Virus record (IMG/VR): IMGVR_UViG_2534681675_000024 | Length of the DNA stretch: 16,949 nt | From: a virus | Lineage: Duplodnaviria > Heunggongvirae > Uroviricota > Caudoviricetes | Reading direction: 5' to 3' (one strand) | In this document: positions 8,731-16,341 of the stretch, piece by piece | Layout: the number at the start of each line of letters is the position of its first letter | Numbering within the stretch: the stretch's first letter is position 1 | The notes under the pieces: model-generated | The model's database searches: none | What the model was told of the DNA's origin: nothing | The model's input: only the letters and a program-made list of their open reading frames with translations | Made by a program: the position numbers and the translations under genes

Positions 8731-8840
8731 TTTTTACCTGTACCACCTATACCACTTTGCTAATTCAGTATTAAAAACAGTGCGTTATAGTGGTACAGGT
8801 CAATATCTTACCTATACCAGACCTGTACCACCTATACCAT
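8731..8840. repeat. Iteron-like repeat cluster 1, immediately 3' of the primase-helicase gene (candidate ori)
   Basis: CCTGTACCACCTATACCA occurs at 8737-8754 and 8822-8839. An inverted copy TGGTACAGGT lies at 8791-8800 and an extra CCTATACCA at 8811-8819. The same core family recurs in cluster 2. Confidence 0.6.
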
Positions 8841-8882
8841 TAACAAACGCATTTCTTCTGGCTGGCTGAGAGGAAACAACCA

Positions 8883-9113
8883 ATGATGAGCACACCATTT
8901 TACAAAGTGCGCCAGTTAGCTTCTTCCTCTGGCTGGCAGCTGCGGTTTGAGGGGCGTTCAGACTGGCTACCCATTGCGGCATGGGCGAATGTTGAAATGT
9001 GTATTGACGGCGATACCGTTGAAATCATTATTCCCTGCGTGGCAAGTCGGGACGGCTGTATAGAGCCAACAGATATGGCAGCAGAAATCAGAGAGGTAAA
9101 ACATGAACAATAA
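8883..9113 (+). CDS. Small hypothetical protein (76 aa)
   Basis: SD GAGAGGA upstream of ATG 8883; its stop overlaps the next gene's start. No domain recognised. Confidence 0.6.
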   Translation: MMSTPFYKVRQLASSSGWQLRFEGRSDWLPIAAWANVEMCIDGDTVEIIIPCVASRDGCIEPTDMAAEIREVKHEQ

Positions 9114-9840
9114 CTATTGCATACCGCAGGGAATGACCAGAACGGAGCGCGAAGAATTAAAAAGTTTCGCTACACAGTGCGGGAATGCTGGCGACATCCA
9201 AAGTCTGGAACGCACTTTAATTATGATTGCGCACTGGATGCGTCAGGGGCAAAGGGTTTCATTTACTGAATATGCCAGCCAGTGGACAGAGGCACAGCGC
9301 GAACGGAGCGACGGTAATCACTCAACACCCGAAATGGCGAAGCAATGGCCTTTCAGTGGTAAACGCTGTATCAGTCCCGGTGGTTCAGATTATTACCCTG
9401 CTGGTGTGGGAGATGAGCCATGTTGTGACGAGACTGAAATCCGCCACGCAGTGACAGTAATTACCGCTGAATACCCACAATTTAACCTTGACGGACTGGC
9501 GCTCCACAACCGGAATGCGGACTGGGAAAACCCGCTTGATAACCCGTCATTTATCGTATCGGCGAAAAGCTGCCTGAGATGGATCAGAGACAACGGGATG
9601 AGTAATGCCCAGATTGAGAGCTTCCCGCAGGATAACCCCACATCTGACACGTTGAAGCATGAAGTGGAGCGATATAACCAGATAAACCACCAGCACAGTG
9701 ATCACCCGCACTATATCCCCAACGGAGCATTTATTGCGGCGATGGTGGCAAGCGGCTACAAGGTTAAGCCAGCGGGAAGAATGAACGCATTTTTCAATAT
9801 TTCAAAAAAGGGATTATGTGCTGCTATGGGTAAAAATTAA
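9103..9840 (+). CDS. Hypothetical protein (245 aa)
   Basis: SD GAGAGG before ATG 9103, coupled to the upstream gene. Protein-like composition, no recognisable domain. Confidence 0.7.
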   Translation: MNNNYCIPQGMTRTEREELKSFATQCGNAGDIQSLERTLIMIAHWMRQGQRVSFTEYASQWTEAQRERSDGNHSTPEMAKQWPFSGKRCISPGGSDYYPAGVGDEPCCDETEIRHAVTVITAEYPQFNLDGLALHNRNADWENPLDNPSFIVSAKSCLRWIRDNGMSNAQIESFPQDNPTSDTLKHEVERYNQINHQHSDHPHYIPNGAFIAAMVASGYKVKPAGRMNAFFNISKKGLCAAMGKN

Positions 9841-9845
9841 ATAAA

Positions 9846-9949
9846 TGGTACAGGTCTGTACAGGTGGGGAGAGGTCATTTTTACCCACCTGTACCACCTA
9901 CAGGCCGCGTCACACAAGGGTTTGTGACATGGTGGTACAGGTGGTACAG
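9846..9949. repeat. Iteron-like repeat cluster 2 (same family as cluster 1) plus a GTCACA-N8-TGTGAC palindrome
   Basis: TGGTACAGGT at 9846-9855, CTGTACAGGTGG at 9856-9867, ACCTGTACCACCTA at 9887-9900, and tandem inverted GGTGGTACAGGTGGTACAG at 9931-9949. A palindrome GTCACACAAGGGTTTGTGAC lies at 9909-9928. TTTTTACC precedes the repeat in both clusters. Confidence 0.6.
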
Positions 9950-10314
9950 CAAAAACAGCGATTTTCTTTATAAGGTATGTTTTGCTCATCTGGCAGGCGG
10001 AGGTATTCGCTGCGGTTTGGCACATAGCCCAGAACAGCAAAGAGTTTTACGAGACTTTTGTAAAATCCAGTGTACAAGGGCGTGACGTTTTTGAAGGAGA
10101 GACCTACGAAATTTTCGTAGTTCAAAAAATAGCCTCTGAGATGTTGTTATGCCTGTTCAGCAAACCATCCGCATAGCTGATCGCGAATCAAATTACCAAT
10201 GGAGCCAGAAGCAAGGGCAGAACTGGAAAGCGCCTGCCGTGAAGAGTAATGCGACATCGTAAATATAGTTTTTAGAGTCCATAAAAAACCTGTCAAAACC
10301 TGACATACAGAACG

Positions 10315-10347
10315 ATGCCACCAGCTACTGAGCGGTGGCATTTTTTT
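10315..10347 (+). terminator. Rho-independent terminator
   Basis: An 8-bp stem (ATGCCACC / GGTGGCAT) with an 11-nt loop is followed by TTTTTTT. Confidence 0.7.
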
Positions 10348-10391
10348 GTGCTATTTGTTTCATATTTTGCAATCACAATGATGAATGTTGC

Positions 10392-10433
10392 GTTTTATGA
10401 AACTATAATGACTGTTGTTTTATACAGTTATAA
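10392..10433 (+). promoter_or_regulatory. Candidate promoter/operator for the 10443-14192 operon
   Basis: Two imperfect 17-bp direct repeats (GTTTTATGAAACTATAA at 10392-10408 and GTTTTATACAGTTATAA at 10417-10433) overlap a TATAAT hexamer at 10404-10409. No good -35 is seen. Confidence 0.3.
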
Positions 10434-10442
10434 GGGGGCGTT

Positions 10443-10616
10443 ATGGCTATTTCAGTAAAGCCAGTATTGATAAGTGAGAAGCAAATGGAAGCGATAAAGA
10501 AAATTCAGGAGGAGCAGCGTAAAAAATCAGAGGTAGGAGTTGCGCCAACGATCCACGAAATTGCTCGGGGATTAATGGATAAGGCGCTGGCTTACACTTT
10601 AACTGGACGTGGGTAA
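10443..10616 (+). CDS. Small hypothetical protein (57 aa), first gene of a three-gene operon
   Basis: Not in the supplied ORF track (below its length threshold). ATG 10443 is preceded by a strong SD (AAGGGGG). The stop at 10614-10616 lies 4 nt before the next ATG (10621). Helical composition; a regulatory role is only a guess. Confidence 0.5.
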   Translation: MAISVKPVLISEKQMEAIKKIQEEQRKKSEVGVAPTIHEIARGLMDKALAYTLTGRG

Positions 10617-10620
10617 ATTT

Positions 10621-12087
10621 ATGGCTACTTGGCAACAAGGAATCAACTCAGGCGGTTTTCTGGCTGGCATCGGTACGCAAAATGAGAATGCGCCAAAGGC
10701 AAGCGACATTAACGCAACGCTTGGTCTGATCCGCGAAAACAATGAACTGGCTCGCTCAGGTGCAAATAACGTTGGTCTGACCGCGTTACGTGGTCTGGCT
10801 GGAGTTGCTGATATTTATAAGCAGGAACAGCAACAGAAAGCGATTAATGCGTTCAATAAGGTTCACGCTGATGCATGGGCTTCTGGTGATCCATCGGGAC
10901 TATTTAAGTTTGCCCAGGAAAATCCAGCGTTTGTTGCACAGGTACAACAGGCGTTTTCTGGTCTTAATGATCAGCAACGCAACGATATGGGCGATTTAGC
11001 CATGAGGGCTAACGTCGCTCTTTCTCAGGGACCGGAAGCCTACAGTAAATTCATTACTGACAACAAGGACAGGTTAAATCGCGTTGGTGCTAATGCTGAC
11101 TGGATGATTCAGACAGGTATCCAGAATCCAGAGCAGCTATCACACATGCTGACTACTATGTCTCTCGGTGCGCTTGGACCAGAAAAGGCGTTTGCTGTTC
11201 AGGATAAGATGGTTGGTCGTGAGATTGACCGAGGCCAGCTGGCAGAGACAATCCGCAGCAATAAGGCTGGAGAGGCACTTCAGGCGAGAGGGCAGGATAT
11301 TAGCCGAGCAAATGCGTTAACGTCAGCATATGCACCAACAGCCGCAATGCAGAATTACAATCAGTACGCGCAAATGTTAAAGGCGGACCCAGAGGGGGCG
11401 GCGGCATTTGCGGCAGCGGCTGGAATTAATACAAACGCCAAAAAATTAATGAGTGTTAGAGAAAACGATGATGGCACTGTCACAAAATACTACACAGACG
11501 GAAGTGAAGAGCAGGGAAAACTAAACCAGCCAATATCTGGAGATGGGTTTCGTCCAATAGCTTTGCCAACAGCCCAAAAGATCATGGAAAAGTCGCCAGA
11601 AGGGGCTAAAAAAGCTGCTGGATTTGCATACAGGGTTAGGGATGCTCTTGATTCAATAGATACACTGAAAGACCAGCTTAGCCCACAGCGAGTGGCGATC
11701 ATTAATAATGCTTTGGGTAATGGGACGCTGGCTAACTTAACGCTCAGCCCAGCAGAGCAGCAATACGTTGTTAATGCTAATGACGCAATAATGGCAATAC
11801 TCCGTCAGGAAACAGGGGCATCTATCCTACCAGCTGAAATGTCCAAATATTATCAAATGTATTTCCCTCAGCCTGGTGATTCCACAAAAACCATTGATAC
11901 CAAGCGCCGGAAGATGGAAAACCAGTTCAATTCGCTGAAAGCTGCTTCTGGTCGAGCTTATGATGCTTTGCGGGTTATTTCAGCAGTTGACAGAGGAACT
12001 TCTTCTTCGTCGCAGACATTGCCGCAATCTGAGCAGGTATCACAGCCAGCAGCCAGCAGTAATTTTTCTTCACTATGGGGTGATTAA
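10621..12087 (+). CDS. Large hypothetical protein (488 aa), Cys-free, Ala/Gln/Asn/Gly-rich, predicted mostly alpha-helical
   Basis: ATG 10621 chosen over the track's 10609. No Cys, few aromatics, Q/A-rich low-complexity stretches, and no enzymatic motif I can identify. Its stop overlaps the next start (TAATG). Confidence 0.8.
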   Translation: MATWQQGINSGGFLAGIGTQNENAPKASDINATLGLIRENNELARSGANNVGLTALRGLAGVADIYKQEQQQKAINAFNKVHADAWASGDPSGLFKFAQENPAFVAQVQQAFSGLNDQQRNDMGDLAMRANVALSQGPEAYSKFITDNKDRLNRVGANADWMIQTGIQNPEQLSHMLTTMSLGALGPEKAFAVQDKMVGREIDRGQLAETIRSNKAGEALQARGQDISRANALTSAYAPTAAMQNYNQYAQMLKADPEGAAAFAAAAGINTNAKKLMSVRENDDGTVTKYYTDGSEEQGKLNQPISGDGFRPIALPTAQKIMEKSPEGAKKAAGFAYRVRDALDSIDTLKDQLSPQRVAIINNALGNGTLANLTLSPAEQQYVVNANDAIMAILRQETGASILPAEMSKYYQMYFPQPGDSTKTIDTKRRKMENQFNSLKAASGRAYDALRVISAVDRGTSSSSQTLPQSEQVSQPAASSNFSSLWGD

Positions 12088-14192
12088 TGGCTAAAGCATG
12101 GAAAGATGTTATCGCTTCTCCACAGTATCAGGCGTTAGCACCAGAACAAAAAGCGCAGGCTCAGGAGCAATACTTCAATGAAGTCGTGGCCCCGCAAGCC
12201 GGAGAAAGTGTAGAGCAGGCTAAGCAGGCTTTTTATGCTGCCTATCCACTACCATCAACGAATGAAATAAACCGATCCCAATCAGCAACTCAAAATATTC
12301 AACATACATCATCTGATAATTCTCTTGCGTCAGGGTATGCAAAGTTAGCTACTCAGCAAAGAGAGGGGCTTGAGCGTTCAGCAGAACAGGGAGCCAGTCT
12401 TGGGGCTGCGATGCGCGATGCTATAACAGGCGAAAGCCGAATGACTCCAGAGATGGAGAGACTGCAAAATGTCGACCTTGCCCCAGAGTTAACCTCACTC
12501 AGCATGGATGCTCTAAAAGCTCGATGGTCTCAACTTTTCGGCTCTGACGCATCTCAGGAAAAGATTCTTCAGAGCATGGGAGCGAAATTAAGGCAGGATG
12601 AGAAGGGTAACACTATCGTTTCCCTGCCATCCGGTGATTATGCTCTGAACAAGCCGGGTTTATCGCCGCAAGACGTGGCATCGTTTCTGGCTAATGCGCT
12701 GGCGTTTACACCAGCGGGCAGGGCTGGAACGGTGCTTGGTGCCATAGGAAAATCAGCAGCTACAGATTTAGCACTACAGGGAGCCACCAGCCTTGCTGGT
12801 GGAGAAGATATTGATCCGTTACAAACGGTAATTTCTGCTGGCATTGGTGGTATTGGTAAGGGGCTGGAAAATACAGCGAGTGCGGTTTCGAGGGCTGTTC
12901 GTGGTGATATGTCGCCTGAAGCAAAGGCTGCTGTCGACTTTGCATCGGAAAGAAATCTGCCGTTAATGACCAGTGACATGCTGAAAGATAAAACCTTTAT
13001 GCAGAGTCAGGCTCAGACATTAGGCGAAAGAGTTCCTTTTTTTGGAACCGGTAAGAATCGGCTGAATCAACAACAAGCACGAGAAAATTTAGTCAGAACA
13101 TTTAGCGATGGTCTGGGGGGAATTTCAGATAAACAGCTTTATGAGTCTGCGACTAAAGGGCAGCAAAAATTCATTGAGGCAGCAGGAAAGCGATATAACC
13201 GCATAATTGACGCTATGGGGGATACCCCTGTCGATCTCTCAAACACGGTAAAAACTATCGACAATCAGATTGCCGTGTTAAGCCGCCCTGGCAAATCTCA
13301 GGATAGAGCCGCGGTAAAAGTCTTGCAGCAATTTAAAGACGATATCACCAGCGGACCAAATGACCTGCGTCTGGCGAGGGAAAACAGAACCGATCTTCGA
13401 AAGCGATTTATAGCGTCATCTGACACTGTTGATAAAGATACGCTCCAGAAAGCCAGCGATATTATCTACAAGGCATATACGGCGGATATGAAAAAAGCCG
13501 TAGCCAAAAATCTTGGAGCAGACGAAGCCATTAATATGGCAAGGGTTGATCGCTCATGGTCTAAATTCAATGACATGATGGGAAGAACGCGCGTTCAAAA
13601 GGCAATAGCCAGCGGCAAGGCCACGCCTGAGGATGTAACAAAACTCGTTTTTAGCCAAAGCCCATCAGAACGTTCTCAGCTTTACAGGCTTCTGGATGAC
13701 AATGGTAGGCAAAACGCACGAGCAGCTATAGTTCAGAATGCTGTAGATAAGGCGACTGATCCGTCTGGAAATATCAGTGTTGAGAAGTTTATTAATGCGT
13801 TACACCGGAACAGGAAGCAATCAGCAACTTTCTTTAAAGGCGTACATGGAAAGGAACTGGACGGCGTTATTAAATACCTCAACGATACAAGACACGCGGC
13901 AAAAGCGAACGTTCAAAACTTAAATGGTCAGCAGCTTTATGGATTGTTAGTTGGTGGTGGCATCATAAACGCAGCAGTATTAGCGGGGATGCTAAAAACG
14001 GCTGCGTTTGTTGTTCCTGCTGCTGGTGCCGTAGGCGGAGCAGCGAAGGCATACGAAAGCCCTGTTATACGAAATGCCTTGTTACGTCTGGCAAATACGC
14101 CAAAAGGTAGCACAGCATATGACAGAGCGATCAGTACGGTCACACAATCGCTCACCAGAGTCGCACAGGCATCACAAAAAGAATCTCAATAA
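12087..14192 (+). CDS. Large hypothetical protein (701 aa), Cys-free, helical, with a C-terminal Gly/Ala-rich hydrophobic hairpin
   Basis: Long uninterrupted ORF coupled to the upstream gene. The segment LYGLLVGGGIINAAVLAGMLKTAAFVVPAAGAVGGAAKAY (about nt 13934-14056) looks like a membrane-insertion hairpin. GIGKG and GAIGKS do not fit true Walker A spacing. Confidence 0.85.
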   Translation: MAKAWKDVIASPQYQALAPEQKAQAQEQYFNEVVAPQAGESVEQAKQAFYAAYPLPSTNEINRSQSATQNIQHTSSDNSLASGYAKLATQQREGLERSAEQGASLGAAMRDAITGESRMTPEMERLQNVDLAPELTSLSMDALKARWSQLFGSDASQEKILQSMGAKLRQDEKGNTIVSLPSGDYALNKPGLSPQDVASFLANALAFTPAGRAGTVLGAIGKSAATDLALQGATSLAGGEDIDPLQTVISAGIGGIGKGLENTASAVSRAVRGDMSPEAKAAVDFASERNLPLMTSDMLKDKTFMQSQAQTLGERVPFFGTGKNRLNQQQARENLVRTFSDGLGGISDKQLYESATKGQQKFIEAAGKRYNRIIDAMGDTPVDLSNTVKTIDNQIAVLSRPGKSQDRAAVKVLQQFKDDITSGPNDLRLARENRTDLRKRFIASSDTVDKDTLQKASDIIYKAYTADMKKAVAKNLGADEAINMARVDRSWSKFNDMMGRTRVQKAIASGKATPEDVTKLVFSQSPSERSQLYRLLDDNGRQNARAAIVQNAVDKATDPSGNISVEKFINALHRNRKQSATFFKGVHGKELDGVIKYLNDTRHAAKANVQNLNGQQLYGLLVGGGIINAAVLAGMLKTAAFVVPAAGAVGGAAKAYESPVIRNALLRLANTPKGSTAYDRAISTVTQSLTRVAQASQKESQ

Positions 14193-14211
14193 CTGGTTAG
14201 CCATGGATGGC

Positions 14212-14826
14212 TTAAATATCTCTGCTGTCTCCATTAGGAAATAAAAGATAATATGGATTTGCCTTTCTTGCTCTCCTTGCTTCACCTGGATACCTGTTAG
14301 TCAGTAGCTTGCATAATGAGCAGAGAACAACACTCAAGAAAATTCCGAATGAGAAGATCAATATCTCACCAAAAATCAATGGCGATATTAAATTTTCAGG
14401 ATTTAATGATAAGTCAATGTTAAAAACATATTGAGCAATACCAGTAAGTATCAATAATATAATCCCTATGGAATACATTGCTGTTTCCCAAACATCAGAC
14501 AGTCTATTTTTGAATTTTTCGCTGGAGTAGTAGTTTGTTATAAAGTCAGAAAAATCACTCTCATATGCATCATCTTTAGGTGATGTTAGAAATCCTCTGT
14601 CTCTCCATACCTTCTCCCAATTAGTCGATTCTTTTTTTAAGGAAAAATAAATATGTATTGCCAAAAGGATAGCCAAAATTGGTGTTAGCTCTAAAAAATA
14701 GAATGTTATGGAATAAATAATACTGCCATGTTCAAACTCATCTGGGACTATCATGTATGCACAAAAATAAATTGAAAAGTACACCATGCAGATAGTTAGC
14801 AATTCTTTAGTATCTTTTCTGCTCAC
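14212..14826 (-). CDS. Integral membrane protein (about 204 aa, four predicted TM helices), strongly AT-rich
   Basis: Four hydrophobic stretches of about 20 residues each, with a basic C-terminal tail (RRARK). GTG start at 14826 is preceded by SD AAGGGGG; an alternative ATG is at 14787. The gene is markedly AT-rich relative to its neighbours and converges on the 701-aa gene with only 19 bp between stops. Confidence 0.8.
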   Translation of the reverse strand: MSRKDTKELLTICMVYFSIYFCAYMIVPDEFEHGSIIYSITFYFLELTPILAILLAIHIYFSLKKESTNWEKVWRDRGFLTSPKDDAYESDFSDFITNYYSSEKFKNRLSDVWETAMYSIGIILLILTGIAQYVFNIDLSLNPENLISPLIFGEILIFSFGIFLSVVLCSLCKLLTNRYPGEARRARKANPYYLLFPNGDSRDI

Positions 14827-15007
14827 ACCAACCCCCTTTAGCGTTGTTTAGAATGGCAATCATCATATATCCAAGACATGGCATTTGGTACATAGCTTGG
14901 GTCGGGATTTCAAATCCGCTCCCAGTTGATGGGGCCGTTACATTACGCGCATATCCGCTTTATGTGAAACAGGAAGATTTTTCTGATATCACTGCCACAG
15001 CAAACAC

Positions 15008-15036
15008 CAATTTCGTGACCAGTACGCGCGCGAGGG
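15008..15036 (+). repeat. Repeat family copy 1 (CAATTTCGTGACCAGTACGCGCGCGAGGG)
   Basis: About 29 nt with a CGCGCGCG core; matches copy 4 (16904-16933) at roughly 23 of 29 positions. Confidence 0.6.
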
Positions 15037-15041
15037 GTATC

Positions 15042-15063
15042 AGTTGCAAAAAATTTTGCAACT
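15042..15063. repeat. Near-perfect palindrome AGTTGCAAAAAATTTTGCAACT between repeat copies 1 and 2
   Basis: 9-bp arms GTTGCAAAA / TTTTGCAAC. A related palindrome GTGCAAATTTGCAC lies at 16746-16759. Confidence 0.5.
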
Positions 15064-15065
15064 AC

Positions 15066-15094
15066 GTCCGACCAGTACGCGCACGATGGAGGGG
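15066..15094 (+). repeat. Repeat family copy 2 (GACCAGTACGCGCACGATGGAGGGG)
   Basis: Shares GACCAGTACGCGC-CGA---GGGG with copy 1. Confidence 0.55.
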
Positions 15095-15295
15095 AGTACC
15101 ATAAAACTGTTCTCTACATGAGACAGAGTGGTGGTGATGTGTTGATTATCGGCGTATATGCGCACAGGACGCGCTATGACGATGTTTTATGCGGGTACAC
15201 CAATCACATGTATCTGGTGTGATAAATCGCGTTACATGACATCTCATGTTGTGCTGGTGATTATCACGACGTTCTGAATCTGGCCTTTGCCTGAT

Positions 15296-15322
15296 ATTTT
15301 GCGACAAGTACGCGCGCGTAGC
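15296..15322 (+). repeat. Repeat family copy 3 (TTTTGCGACAAGTACGCGCGCGTAGC)
   Basis: Same GAC-AGTACGCGCGCG core. A weaker partial copy (CATTTTGTGACCAATGCG) lies at about 15349-15366. Confidence 0.55.
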
Positions 15323-15346
15323 ATCAACAGCATACACATTGGATAT

Positions 15347-15547
15347 TCATTTTGTGACCAATGCGATAAGTAGCGGGATAAGAATTGATAAAATCAACAG
15401 GACGATGATCCACTTTTGATTCTCGTCCATCTTATCTGCTAGGCGACGCTCCATTCCGTGCATATCACCGCGAATGGCAATCATCTCATTGCGAACATCC
15501 GAGAAGTGGTTGGCTTGATGTTCAATGTGTGGCGTTCTGCCTTTCAT
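15347..15547 (-). CDS. Small C-terminally anchored membrane protein (66 aa), XhlA/holin-like topology
   Basis: ATG at 15547 with SD GAGGA about 7 nt upstream. Polar, charged N-terminal half followed by a single C-terminal TM helix (WIIVLLILSILIPLLIALV). The family call is tentative. Confidence 0.6.
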   Translation of the reverse strand: MKGRTPHIEHQANHFSDVRNEMIAIRGDMHGMERRLADKMDENQKWIIVLLILSILIPLLIALVTK

Positions 15548-15626
15548 GTCTGATCCTCACCTATCGTCACCACCTGCTGGTGTATAAAGGTATTAGCCCA
15601 AGCAGCTTTCCAATGGGCACTCATGT

Positions 15627-16082
15627 TTATACGCTGACCTTACAATCAATCACCGCTTTTAACTTTTCAGCATTGCTTCCCTGACGCTTCCACGCGCTGT
15701 AAATATCTTTATCCCACGCTTTACCAGCTTTTGTTTGATAGCCTGCTTCATTGATCCGTTCAGCTATCACACGCCCATTATCAAATCCCTGTTGGATGGT
15801 ATCGGCAATGATCTTTATAACTGCCGTTTCGTTATATGGTTTTGGTGGGATGTTCGGCTTTCCGGCAATAAGCGACGCAGCGGCTTTTTCCATGCGCTCC
15901 ACCAGCCCAAGCATTCGTGAATCAATAGACTTTTCCGGCTGCCCCAGCTTCATGCGAATCGCATCAACAAGCCAAGAGGTTTTATCTCCTCCAGAAGCGA
16001 GAACAGACCGATTAAACTCATCCTGCAATTCAGATGGGATGCGGAACGCGATCAGATTAGATTTGCTCATTGCAAAGACCAT
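15627..16082 (-). CDS. Ribbon-helix-helix (Arc/CopG-like) DNA-binding protein with a C-terminal recombinase-like helical domain (151 aa)
   Basis: The N-terminus has a classic RHH pattern (LIAFRIPSELQDEFNRSVLASGGDKTSWLVDAIRMKL). The C-terminal segment GRVIAERINEAGYQTKAGKAWDKDIYSAWKR resembles the recombinase-domain motif of serine recombinases, but there is no catalytic domain. Start could be 16082 or 16070; no clear SD. Confidence 0.7.
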   Translation of the reverse strand: MVFAMSKSNLIAFRIPSELQDEFNRSVLASGGDKTSWLVDAIRMKLGQPEKSIDSRMLGLVERMEKAAASLIAGKPNIPPKPYNETAVIKIIADTIQQGFDNGRVIAERINEAGYQTKAGKAWDKDIYSAWKRQGSNAEKLKAVIDCKVSV

Positions 16083-16183
16083 ATCAGTGAGTAATATCCA
16101 TACAGTATACCACTGTATAACACTGTTATACGCTCAAATATCAGCCAGAAAATAACAGACCAATCACAAATCTATCGCTGTGT

Positions 16184-16306
16184 TGTTGGTTCAGAGCTGG
16201 GCTGTGTTGGTTCAAAATGAGTTGATGTTGGTTCAATATTTTAGAAAAAACACAATAAAAACAACGCTCTTTACAAATTGAACCAACTGAACCAACTGAA
16301 CCAACA
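16184..16306. promoter_or_regulatory. Operator/iteron array: three TGTTGGTTCA direct repeats at 21-bp spacing plus three tandem inverted TGAACCAAC copies
   Basis: Direct copies at 16184-16193, 16205-16214 and 16226-16235. After an AT-rich spacer, TGAACCAAC repeats sit at 16279-16287, 16288-16296 and 16297-16305. A TATAAT hexamer at 16323-16328 and SD GAGAGG precede the perC-like ATG. Confidence 0.7.
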
Positions 16307-16341
16307 CCTTTTTGCTTATCTATATAATCTGAGAGGCAGAA

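Noticed and set aside
12700-12850. P-loop-like motifs (GAIGKS, GIGGIGKG) in the 701-aa protein
   Set aside because: Spacing does not match Walker A (GxxxxGK[ST]) and there is no Walker B partner; most likely Gly-rich low-complexity sequence.
14901-14920. tRNA T-arm-like sequence GGGATTTCAAATCC, a possible att-site tRNA fragment
   Set aside because: It is a simple 6-bp-arm palindrome with a 1-nt centre, not a 5-bp stem with a 7-nt T-loop. There is no adjacent acceptor stem or CCA, and no anticodon arm can be built.
14844-15337. ORFs 14844-15104 (+) and 15146-15337 (-) in the repeat-rich intergenic region
   Set aside because: Their sequences are largely dictated by the CGCGCGCG repeat copies (Arg/Ala runs), their composition is implausible, and they lack SDs.
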